A stretch of 64,000 bases of DNA from Psammoneis japonica (lineage: Eukaryota), in assembly GCA_008632985.1 (NCBI GenBank), contig QPGO01000203.1, forward strand, positions 62,001 to 126,000. The letters are read 5' to 3'. The position numbers were made by a program, and so were the translations under genes. This document shows positions 35,951-47,456 of the stretch, piece by piece. Every line of letters begins with the position of its first letter. Positions within the stretch are counted from its first letter, which is position 1. The notes under the pieces were generated by a model. It saw nothing but the letters and a program-made list of their open reading frames with translations. It did no database searches and was not told the origin of the DNA.

Positions 35951-37559
35951 TCAATGTTGCTGTGCCTGCCATTCACTGAAAAAATGGCTGGACAAACATC
36001 CAAATGAGTGGCTCTGCCTCAGATGCTTGTGTCTTTTTGCATGTCACACGTGGTGGAAAATCAGCTGTGCTGATTCTGTCTGTTTGTTCAAGAGAGAGAG
36101 AGAGAGAGAGAGAGCAGAGCCTTGCCTTTGCAGGTCTCAAAGCAGCCCCCAGTTCTGACAGGAGCACATTGAGTCAAAGCATCGTTGACTTCACTCTCTT
36201 TTGACTCCAGCACCAACAGAATGAATGAGAGCTGCCACATCAGAAAATGGAGCTGAGTGATCAAGAGACAGCACTCTCTGATGTGGGGTGCCAACAATCT
36301 CTGGGAACATCTTGTCCCCCACAGCCAAGGGTCCCTGGCTCAAAACTGAGCATGCACTCTGCTCTTGATCCAAGACATTGCCATCTTGACAAGTCTAAAA
36401 TTGTGAGAAATTTGGAAACAACAAAAGCCAGTCAGCCAGTTTTGACAAATTTCCACCTCTGCATGACACAAGTGGTGGTCTTGCTCATGGGCACTCCCAA
36501 ATTCTGAGCATTGTTTGCCTCATTTTCCTCTCCACTCAAGTGCTCTCACAAACAATGTGTGCCAAGTTTGATTTTTCTCTTCTCTAAAATTTTGTGCCTG
36601 TGGCTCACCTTTTGCATTTGCGCTGTTGCACCAGTCACCAGTGCTGCAGCTGGCTTCTCATTGAAGACTCTCTCATTGAAGACTCCCTGGAGACACAAGC
36701 TCCAGTCCTGCACAATGCACAAAACAAAACACTCCATCTTTTGAGCACAACTTGCATCAGCTTCATGTGCTGAGGCTGTTCATCAAAGACACTTGTGTGT
36801 TCTGGCTTTTGCATTTGATTGGAGCATCGGTGCTCAGACATTTTTTTCCCATTTTTGTTCAAGTTTTCACAGGGTGCACTGTGTCACAAATTTTTTCTGA
36901 AGAAACAATGCAGCTGGCTGCACATCAGCACACTCCCATTGCAGAGAATTTTGCATTGCAAGCAGATCACTGCTGTGAAACACATGTGCAGAAACATTTT
37001 GTGTCAACCTCCAAACATGCAATGACACATGAATCTTCAAAAATTTTGGTTCAAATCATCCTCTGTGTTGCAACTCTCATTTCCCACAATGAAAAAATGT
37101 TGATTGCACACAAAAACAACAACATTGTGACACTGAGACACAAGTCTCATCAGTGTTGCAAAACATCAGAATTTGGACAAATCCACACTTTTGGCAGTGA
37201 AAGCTTGTTTGCAAGTCAGAGACCCCATGCAAAAATTTTGCAAATGTTGTTTTTGAGCACCACTGAGCTCACAACAGCAAAGTCATCAAGCAACAAACAT
37301 GCAAACAATCACCAACAGAAAATGAGGCAATTTTGCAAACATGTCTCCTCTCCCCCACATTTGAAGCACATCATTTCCATTTTTTCCCTGGGTGCACTCT
37401 TTGGACATTGAAGAGTGTGCCCAGCCTGTTTTTGCCACTGTGAGTGAAGAAAACAGAAAGTCTTTGAAACAGGCAGAAGACCCCACACACAGAAATTGTG
37501 TGATCCAAAACACTCTCCTGACATGTCACAGCCAGCACAGCAGTGTGAGCCCCCACCTG

Positions 37560-38300
37560 GAGCTGGAGTGTGTCTGACACACAAAGAAGTGACAAGAGCA
37601 ACTCATGAAGAGCATCTCACATGGGGCAAGATTTCAATGATGTCCTTGAAGCAACGGGGGAAAGGAGATCTGGTGGTGAAGATGACACAACACAGTGCTG
37701 CTGCTGCTGTGATTTGTTGGGAACTCACAAAGGAGCAGCAGATGCGATGGGCACTTGGCTTCATGCAGCAGCCAACAGGTTGGCACGACAACATGCCACA
37801 TCTTGGTTGCCATTGACAACAGATGTTCCTTCCTGCCACACCAGACGAGGACAGCCAGGAACCATCCCTTGAGCCAACAGCATGGACATTGAAAGAGGGG
37901 CCATCGATGTCCTTTTTTAAAAAAAGATCGTGCGGACATTAGTGGTGTGTTGGCACGACAAAAAGAAATGATGGCCTCCCTTGATTCGACCACGCGAAAA
38001 TAATGTGAGCGGGAAAGGTTCAGTACACCCCCCGTACAGTACGTAGAATTCTACAGGCGAATCTTTGAGGTCAACACTGAAAACAGTATGGTAGGCTCTG
38101 GTATGTTCATATCGGTACAATTGTCAGTACGTAGAAGCGAACGATGTTGCCCGGTAAGTGACGTTGTCTTTCCGGAATACAATATACGGGGACAAAGAAT
38201 AATAAACAAAATTGAAAATTTGAAATCAGAAGTTCTTCCTCCACCGACAAGACTAACTGACGACCTGAAGCATGATGCACATCATGGCACTTTGTACGGA
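37560..38300 (-). pseudogene. Paralog of 35400-35950 straddling the right edge of the depleted domain
   Basis: Clear nucleotide alignment of 37825-38062 with 35540-35784. SPVEFY vs SPAEFC and TTNVRTIF vs TTNVCTIF. Confidence 0.7.
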
Positions 38301-38487
38301 CGGTAGAGAGCAAAGGAGTGTTTCAGTTTCTGTTTGCAGCACTACTGTATCTTCAAAAATATGTATCTATGTAAATATGTATTGGTTACACGGATCCAGT
38401 TAGTTCCTCCAGATACATGTCTTTTTGCCGAAAAGAGCGCATCCTTGAAACCGATCTGTCGATGAAGAAAATTGTCACCCACGCGAC

Positions 38488-40307
38488 TTACAAGGAAACG
38501 TGACGAGGAACAATAGCAGCACGATGGTTGAAATGATACTCCGGTTCTGAATCGTCATCAAGCTTCATCCATCCTTCGTCTTCCTTTTCCTTGGCGGAGC
38601 TGTTGCTGTTGCTGAGTCCTTGAAAGGTGAATTCGGACGAGCGCGAGGCAAAGAGAGGCGGAAGAGGCGACATGTCACTGCTGCTACGACGGGCCAGCAA
38701 AAGAGGAGGTGCCACTGGTGCTTTTTTCGTAGTACTACTGTCCGTGGAGCCTGTCTGAGATGCGGGTGATAGTACCTTTGACCAAACACTTGGTTTCTTG
38801 GGGGGTCGTCCCATCCGACGAGAAGCTTGATTGTGAAAAGAAGGAGGGCGGAGGAGGACACTTCTTAGAAAAAGCTGGGCTACTCGACGATACCTTCTTG
38901 GACCATTCTGAAGAACTTGTGTAGGAAAGAAAGGGTGGAGGAGCAAGACCTGCAGGAAGCTTGGCATGAGCTTGCCCACGGCCCGACGACGCCTTGTTTT
39001 TGTTCCAATCCATAGAGCTCGCTTTCTCCAGGAGCGGTGGTAGTGGGCAATTCGATACATTCGTAACCCAATCAGAAGAGCTATTCTGTTTGAGCAAGGG
39101 TGGGGGACAACTGCTGTACTTGGAAGGGCTGGTACTGGGCACCTTTTTTGACCAATCGGATGAACTCGTTTGAGCAAGAAACGCCGTAGGCGGGGGACAC
39201 GACAAATTCTTGGCAAAAAGTGGGACTCGTCGTCAACTCCTTGGCCTTCTTCCAATCCATGGAGCTTGATTGGATAAGCAAGGGAGGAGGAGGAGCTGCG
39301 GTATTCTTTGTGACTGGACTGGACACCTTCCTGGCCCACTCGAACAGATTGGACTACGCCAATAGAGGAGGAGGAGGAGGAGGAGGAGGAGGACAGTCGT
39401 TTTACGTCGACATGCTACTTGACACGCTCTTAATCCACTCAGAAGATGTGCTAGAAGTGGTGGAGGCAATGGACAATCCGGATCCTTTGACGGACTCGAC
39501 ACCGTCTTGGCCCATTCCATAGAGCTCGACTGCGCTAGTAGCGGAGGGGGCGGAGGACAGCCGTTGACCTTGGGTGGACTCGCCGCTACAGTGGCCCAAT
39601 CTCAAGAACTTGCCTGTTTTAGCAACGGTGGTGGTGGAGGAGGACCATGATTGGGCGTAATGGACGCCGCCTTGACCCAATCAATGTCGGACATGCCGCG
39701 ACCTGTTGGCTGATGAGGCGAAGGATGCCCTCCCGAAACGACCGCGGCACAACTTGCTGGCGGACGTGGCGGAGGAGGAACGCCATTCTCATAGCCGGAC
39801 TCACAGCGTACTTCTGGACAGTATGAAACTTGACGAAACGGAGATAGTTCCTGCTGCTGTTCACGGGTGCCATGAGGTTGGTCTTTAGCCGCAGGATCTT
39901 TAGACTCCTCTTCGTTCCTTGTCGTACTATCAAAGTATGATACTTGTCGGTGGCCGCGGGGCGTCGTTCTTCAGAATACCGTGCAAGTCCGTCCTATTCG
40001 GAACAAGTTTTCTTACCCTCCCGTACAAATCTAGAAGCAGTCCATGCAATGGTTCCATGCTTTGCGTGCTATAAACAAAGTCACAAACGTGGTCACGGTA
40101 CGCCCTTTTCATTGTGCTATTTGCGTCGTGCGATGCCGCGCTCAAGGTCGCCGAGAAGTCGTCAAACGATGGTGTCGCAGGTGTGGCGCTTCCCGAGACG
40201 GTTAAGCTCCCAAAACAAGCCTCGTCCGTGAACAGCACACGGTGAATGAGCTTGGGATCCACCGCGGATAAGGCGTCATCCCTTGTGGTCGAAGATGACG
40301 ATTCCAT
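38488..40307 (-). pseudogene. TCP11 (T-complex 11)-like N-terminal domain followed by Ser/Pro-rich repeats, with stops and frameshifts
   Basis: KLIHRVLF...TMKRAYRD...LLLDLYGRVRKLVPNRTDLHGIL. Downstream SSS(D/M)W.KK...CP.PP.L repeats are split across frames. Confidence 0.55.
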
Positions 40308-40869
40308 TAGAATCTACAGTGCTGTGGCAGCCTTCAACGAAAGCAAGGAACAAAAATTGGAGAATGCTGGGCGCGATAGGGATCTCAACGGCGTCGTTTT
40401 GACAGCGTTTTCTCGACAAGGACCTGCAGATGAGGATTGCCAAGCGATCAATGCTAGTAGTAGGCCCACTAGTGAGGAAGTTGTTGTCGTGTCTGTTCGT
40501 GTTCCATTTTCTTCTCTCGCTGTCGATTTCAGTCGCCAAAATCCAAAATGTGATCAAACGCAACGAGTACTAAGGTTACAGCTTCTGACGTTGGTAGAGG
40601 TGGTTCCATGGCCGGTTTAGGGGTGACATTGCTCATACAATACGAGAATGCAAGGCGTGGCTTGTTTACGGGTTTTGCAACGAGGCTTCCGAGGCGGAGG
40701 TGAGCCCTTCTTTCTGGCATCGATGCATGCTCTTTCGTACACTGTTCGCTTCAGCATCTCTTCTGTTGCATCCTCGGTCTTGTTGTTAAATACGAGGTTC
40801 TCGCATACCGTAGTATCCTCATATCGTCATCTAATTCATCGATAGCAAGGCTTTCCTTCGCAGTAGTCA

Positions 40870-41262
40870 CGATACCGACGTCTCAAGGATTGCGTGATGT
40901 AAGAACACGGCATGACGAAAGGTTCGAAATACCACCGATAAGCTTACGTGCGAACACTGTTTCCTTGATGGTCTTTGTTGCGTTGATAAAGTCCACTCCG
41001 TAGATGGCGTGTTCTTCCATGCCGGTGCCAATCGTCGGTGCATAGGGATCAAACACAATGTCTTCTGGAGGGTAACCCACTTCATTTACAAAAATGTCGT
41101 ACGAGCGTTTGTATATATGAACCTTGTCCTCCTCGGTCGCAGCTTATCCTTGTTCGTCAAACGCCATGGCTACTACCGCAGCGCCGTGTTTCTTCAACAA
41201 CGTCGCTTGCTCCTTGAACAACTCTTCTCCGACCTTGAGAGAGATGGAGTTCATAATGCAGT
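40870..41262 (-). pseudogene. METH: Cobalamin-dependent methionine synthase fragment (pterin-binding domain)
   Basis: [42 protein letters not shown]...VGYPPEDIVFDP..TIGTGMEEH..YGVDFINATKTIKE...GGISNLS, with an in-frame TAA at 41146-41144. No flanking domains. Confidence 0.92.
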
Positions 41263-41715
41263 TATATCTCTGTGATACTAATTCAGCTGTTCGGCACCAA
41301 ACGCCATACGCAATCAACGATATAGTGGTTGTCCACCGACTTACAACATCGAGATGTGCTTTGCAGTATCGTTTGCAAACACGTCGAAACCTTGGATCGC
41401 CATCAGCAAGTCAAAATCCAAATGGACAAGTCTTGAAGAATTGTGTCGAGTGCACTACGGTCTTGAACAACAACAGTGGACGATCGATGTCTTGATATTT
41501 TTCGTTTCTTTGTACATTGCACGTTGTTGTCACTCATCATCATGGTGATCTTTGCCTCTTTTTAGTTGCTTGGCGATGAAAATGTGAGCTCGTGTCGCCA
41601 ACCGTTGAAAAGGCGTTATGTTGAGGATTATAGTATTTAAAGCTGCATAACAAATTATAAAATCTATCCGTTATAACGATTTGAGTCGACTGAGTCAAAG
41701 GTCTGTCTCACTTTC

Positions 41716-43451
41716 ATGCCGACGATAAACGATGATACACGGTAACACAATAACAACGACAACGTAAACGCCATGGACTCACGGCCGCTTATGTATCTTC
41801 CTGGTCCCCTGTTGGAAGCAGAATGTGTTCCCCCGTTGGAATACATTCTGACTTTTCTACCAGTCGCTAGTGTCCCTGTCATGACTGAGGTTTGTAAAGC
41901 TTGGAGTCGAGAGATTGGTACGAATTCGCCTTTCTTGTGGAAGCACCTGTTGCAACGTCGAAATTTCCCGTTGCCCGACGAATCCACAATATCACCCGAA
42001 AACGCGAGAGACGTATACCGGAATGAATATATCAAGCACCACGTTGCGATGAGAAACGTCAAAGCGATTAAAGCTGGTGCCTCTGCTCTCCAGTTTCTAA
42101 ACAACCCTCTTATGCGGCTAGACAACCCCGTGACAAGCAAAGAATTTGTAGCGCAATCCTTCTCCTCACGCCGGGATGAAAGGATAAGCGGTTGCGTTGG
42201 CGTCAAAGTTTGGTCTCCACACCGTGTTCTTGCGCCTCTCTGAAACAGTGGCAAATCCAGGCAGTGACGAGAGCCCCCGCTCGTGCGAAGAAGTGTTGTG
42301 CCTTCGCGTGGACGAAATCTCTACAGAACACACCAATGCCTGGGCCTTATGTTCCTTTGATGTTGACGACGAAATGATTGGGTGTCTTTGTGAGGCAACA
42401 GGATATTGGGCAACGCCCTTCTTGATCTCAATTGGCTGGGAGAATTTCCTCAAATCAAACGGTCGCGTTGAAGAAGGGACTGCATGTGTGCTCAATCTTG
42501 GTGAAGCCTTTCTCAACCACATTCTAAGTTCCAATGTCATCGACCCTTCTACGCGCCGCGTCCTGGATTACATCGGAGAGCACGGTTTGAAATCTGTGGG
42601 TGGGCGTGCCTCTGGGACTGTTGCGGCATGCGGGCACGGCCGCTTCATGGTTGAGATGTGCGTGGCAACGGTTAACGACGAGGACTTTCTGGAAACGGTT
42701 CTGGATCGAAAGCTCGTTCTTGTATCAGCTACAACTGGAGCCATTGTTTGGATGGGAAGCACATGCGATGCTCCAGTTGATGAACTGCCAGACCTTGAAG
42801 GGGATTGGACTCTGAGTCGTGCACAATTCCGTTCGACAAGGGGCCGTCCCACAACCTGTACACTTGTCGCTGCGTCAGAATGTCTCGATGAAGTTGTGCT
42901 GATGGACGTAGATGGTTCGACAGGCCATGTAAGCCAGAGACGTGTCGCAGACGCGATAGACGAAGCAACAACAGATTTCCTTGTTGATGACTGGTTTATC
43001 TGGCAATGTCCAAGTACCCTCATTCATACTCCCACCGACATCGTGCTTGTTAAAAAAATGGTTCGGTGTAGGGACTTTTTTTTCGGATCAAAAGGCTCTG
43101 TTGATATTCTATCCGCATGCAGCTGCTACCTCGGAGGTGTCGTGCACGACATTGGAACTAGAAGACGTGACCGACGTTTCCCATATGGAATCTATTGGAG
43201 ATGAACATGTCGTAGTCCTTTTCAGTGCCCCGACAGTTAGACACAGACCTCTACTAGAGTCAATGTACGCGGTTGTCGTACATGTACCGACCCGACAAGA
43301 GCTAGGTCGCTTTCGCCTCTATGGTCCTTATAATTATCGTTGTCATGAGCGTTTATTTCTTGATGTCGCCGGCGATACGATTGGAGCAGGGTATGCTTGG
43401 AATGGTGTGGTGATGACCGGCGAAACCATCAGGTCCGTAGGCTACGAATAA
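41716..43451 (+). pseudogene. F-box-like protein gene broken into three frames
   Basis: PPLEYILTFLP....VMTEVCKAWSREIG...LWKHLL. Overlapping ORFs 41773..42243, 42197..43204 and 42981..43451, plus a TAA shortly after ATG 41716. Confidence 0.7.
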
Positions 43452-44139
43452 CAGCGAGGATATGGGAGTGAGAGTAACAGCGCCAAGAAATAGGAGAAGA
43501 AAAAAGGCAAATCACAAAAGGGGTAACAAGAACGACATGCGTTTCTTCGAGGAATCAGCCTTTATGGTTGAAATCGGGTCGGGAATGGCTTTTGTTGCAT
43601 ACAGTAGCTGTAACAGCCATATATGTTTGTAAGAAGTGATATGCTACCACTAAGATTCAGCTACGAGGCCCTGCTCGTCCCACCTGTCTGCCGCATTTGC
43701 AGCAATGAACCGTCGTTTTAAGTCCAGGAATGCAAAAGGGGAGCCAAAATATAGGCCAAACACAAGCAGCCATATTGGCTTCATGGAATGGCTTTGTTTA
43801 TGCTCCAGGAAAAATAGCGGCTCCTCTTTATGGCAATGAGCTCTAAGGAAATCATTCCGTGGTATCTAGAATAATAAGTGTGTAGAACTTGTTTCTTGAT
43901 GAAGCTTTCCGGTCAAATAGGTCCTTGTCCTTGTACAATCTCGTTATCACCAAACTCCATTACCACTGTGTTGCTAGAGGCTTCATCCACGTAATGCCTG
44001 GCCCACATCCATTGTGAGTATTTTATACTTAATTTAGAACAGTTCTTAGCTCTAGTCCCAACATCGAATATCATCCGCATTACAGCGATGAGAACTTTAT
44101 GTTGTGGTTCTTGACGAACAATCCGGACTTCATCCAGAT

Positions 44140-44882
44140 GGGAGAAAACAAGGAATGAGGGTCATTGTATCCTGAGTAGCCAGTGGCAGTTCTTAGAAGT
44201 AGGTAAGCGTAGGTAGACGCGCAAGTGTTAGGTTGCTATCTGATTATCACCTGTCATTAATCCTTACTGCGAGAGTGGGCACCCTGATACGCCCGTAAAG
44301 GCTCAGATGCTGAACAATAGGACGTCGATACTCGACATAATATTATGTTGCGCTTCATTGTTCCTTCTTGGATGTTTCTCGGGGTACGCATGCTGACATT
44401 GATAAGACCAGCCGTACCCGTGGCCTGATTACTTCGATGATGAAACTTCTTGATCGTATCCTCGTGTATTTCGTTCTAATCTTCAAAGGACACTACAGCA
44501 GTTACCGTCTTCGCTCGATGATGACGACGAAATGGAGCTCAACAGGAGAACGTCGCTCGCCTTTTCGTTGGATTCCTAGCATGACCTAGGGCTTTGGGAC
44601 TTCGTCAAGACGGGAGAAAACAATGAATCAGGATCATTGTATCCTGAGTAGCCAGTGGCAGTTCTTATAGGTAAGTCGCTAGGTAGAGGTACAAGTGTTA
44701 GGTTAACATCTGATTATCATCTGTTGTTGGTCCTTACTGCGAGAGTGGATGCTCTGATAAGCCCGTAAAGGCTCAGAATGCTGAACAATGTGACGTCGAT
44801 ACTCGACATTATGTTGCACTTCATGGTTCCTTCTTGCATGTTTCTCGGGGTACGCATGCTGACATTGATATGACCAGCCGTG
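44140..44882. repeat. Direct duplication (about 44140-44418 and 44612-44882)
   Basis: Shared GGAGAAAACAA...TCATTGTATCCTGAGTAGCCAGTGGCAGTTCTTA...CGGGGTACGCATGCTGACATTGATA. Confidence 0.9.
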
Positions 44883-45589
44883 ATAGAAGGGGGTTTCCTG
44901 TCTTCTCTTTCCAAATAAACGTGATGTGTTTGGATCTTTGGCGAAAAGACACAGACGCAATGATTGCAGACGATGCATCCAGTTTCCAAGAGCATCTCTT
45001 GACGATTGCCTGGAGAGCATGTACACTGCAGAAGCTGACATGGCATTTAAACCAGAATGGACACTCTGCACTTGACTGCGCCTTAACTTCTCCTCCAATC
45101 CTGTCAGCACACAAATCGGCATGGGGCTAACTCGTGTCCAGGTAACCGGTGGTCTGTAGAGATCCGTAGCAACCATCATCAATGTAGTAGTGCATGGTGT
45201 AAGCTGCGGCTCGTCTTGTTGTCGGTAACACCGTCATCACGTTTGAAACCAATGATCCGAGTACACAAGGCACCCGCATGAGCCACCAACAAGTGACTCG
45301 CATCAATTGGTGGGAAACATGAGGCACTTTGAAGAGTTGGTGGAAGAATTCTTGCATTGTCCGAATCAAATCACTACACAAATGAGTCACATCGATACGA
45401 AAATCTGACTTCATCGGGTCCATCTGCGGCACAGCTATTTCCATCTGGCTTTCTCGTGGCGCCCACATTGTCCACCACTCATCCACCATCCAGCAGTGTG
45501 ACATTGTTTTCTAGTTGTTTGATTTGTGCTGCATCTAGACTTGAGTTACAGCGCAATCTCGTTTTGAATCGACACAGCAATCCAACACA

Positions 45590-46311
45590 GTCGTTTCCGT
45601 CATTCAGGTAAAGCGTGCTGCGTCTTGTTGGGTAGAAATGTAGTTGCATCAAAATGTGGCTCAAATCGATCGTCCTTGTCCGCATCATATTTGAGTACCC
45701 GTAACTTTGGATTCAGACCACAAGGCTTCTTTCCAAATCGTTTCGTCAGAACAGCATCCAGATGCTCTAGATTCTTGAGTTCATGCCACAGCAAATTGAG
45801 CATGGATGGGTTATGGGTTGTGAAAGACTGCCAATTGATGGGGATTCGGATTCTGAATCTTTACAGTATACTTGTACCCATCCATGGCTGTATGAGTAGC
45901 CTCCGTCACGTACTGAAAACCGGCTTTCGATGCCAACTTTAGTAGTTCTCTACACGTTTGCGCTGACACAAAACTGCTCACAGAAAACGCAATAGAATCA
46001 CTAGGGTTCTTCAAATATCTCGAACATCTTGCTGGAACCTGTATACTATCCCAACCGCGTGCCCTTTCTTCTTCTTCTTCGTTTTCTTCTTCGTTTTGAT
46101 CATGAGTAGAAGTCAGCGGACACGTTAAATTCAGCAGCTTCATCAAGGCGTCATGGGTGTTCACCGACGTGGCACTGCTGATTGTACTTGACGATTCCTC
46201 GCCAGTCGACGATGACCTATCCTTTAAATTCTCTCTATCTCCATTGACAACTCTTATATTTTCAACCACGACGCAATCTCTTCTTGCGCTTTCGAGATGT
46301 TTTTCCACCAT
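45590..46311 (-). pseudogene. 2OG-Fe(II) oxygenase copy 3, 3'-truncated and frameshifted
   Basis: Matches 27265-27999. A short insertion near 45811-45820 gives a stop, and homology ends at about 45590. Confidence 0.9.
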
Positions 46312-46465
46312 GGTTGATCTCCAGAAATCGTCGGGAAAAAATGAGTGGAAGCGCAGAAAGAGCGAGCGAGCGAAAGGGTGGACGGACCGTGAAGCACGCG
46401 AACCTAATATGAATGGTACACTCTACATACAATACTAAGCACCCCCGAACCCCCGCGAATAACTT

Positions 46466-46730
46466 GGTCCTCTTCTTCCCGTCCACTCTAGACTTCTCAG
46501 CAGCTCTAGAGACCTAGACCCTACTTCTAGACATACAAACTTTGCGGACATCTTTAGCAGCTACAATACTACAGCTGGAATAAGGCTAAACAACATTTAC
46601 ACAGCCACCCTTCTGCCTAGATTCTTGGATAATGTCTAGAGGCCTGCTGCGTCGCTCGAGAAGACAGTGCTGTCGGGGAAAGAAAGGCACGTCGGGTCGC
46701 AGAACTAGACCCCGGTTCTGGTTATAGAGA
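46466..46730. repeat. TA-intact copy of the dispersed repeat at 26108-26400
   Basis: Shared GGTCCTCTTCTTCCC...AAAGAAAGGCACGTCGGGTCGCAGAACT.GACCCCGGTTCTGG. Confidence 0.85.
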
Positions 46731-46759
46731 AACCTCCTATCGCGTCTTGGATGCCATCC

Positions 46760-47456
46760 TTACCATCCAAACTTCCACCATGCCTTTTTAGGACCTGTCT
46801 TCTCCGCCGTGACTGGTATCTCCCTTGACTTTGCTTGTTCGTTTCGAGCTTTGCGTTTTTCAAACTCATCCCGAACCTTCTGTCTGTATTCCACAAAGTC
46901 AGCTTTTCTCTTTGCTGCTTCTTCCGACATGTTTCCTCTTGCCGCTTCTAATCTCTTTTGCAGGATTTCTAGCTTCTCTTTTCCCAGCTTCTCTGCAGCT
47001 TTGTCTCGTTCGCTAAGGTGCCAATCTTCCATGCAAAACATGAGTTCCAATTTTGTATCCAAACAGTCACGAAGTAAATTAGGATTGTGTTGTTCCTGAA
47101 AGAAGATGTCAGAAATACGCATTGAACATTACAAAAGAATGAGTAGACATGAAAACGACCGGAAGAACAGCGAACGCCGCTCCAAGATAACTTACCATGC
47201 CATTGAGGAAACATGTGTAGTACGCTCTCGCGGCGTATTCACATGATTCAGGCGAAGATGTCTTTATATGTTTAGCAGCGCTTAGTTTCATTTCTCGAAT
47301 CTTTTCTTCCGACGGCCATTCTGACATTCCAAGAGGAATCGAGCCAGGAGGTTTATCCGGTATCTTGTCTGGATCCAGCACGGGCCTTTCATTCTTGTCA
47401 AACTGAGCCGTTTCCCAAAAATTTTTGGGTTTAGCTGTTGACTCCTCTTTAGCCAT
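46760..47456 (-). CDS. Twin Cx9C (CHCH-like) protein, probably mitochondrial intermembrane space
   Basis: Exon 47456-47196, intron 47195-47096 (GTAAGT...TTCAG), exon 47095-46760. Motifs CEYAARAYYTC and CLDTKLELMFC, then a coiled-coil tail. Confidence 0.75.

Larger units (their letters stand above)
28400..37915. other. TpA- and CpG-depleted hypermutated domain of decayed repeats and gene relics
   Basis: Most 60-nt lines contain no TA and no CG, while TG and CA are abundant. Six-frame ORFs are Cys/His/Gln-rich and almost Tyr-free. Confidence 0.95.

Noticed and set aside
28400..37915. Dozens of 60-240 aa ORFs as real genes
   Set aside because: They are explained by loss of TAA/TAG. They overlap in all frames, show Cys/His-skewed composition and contain no intact domains.
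28400..37915. Classical fungal RIP, or an alternative genetic code
   Set aside because: RIP enriches TpA, the opposite of what is seen. The depletion is frame- and strand-independent, so it is not codon usage.
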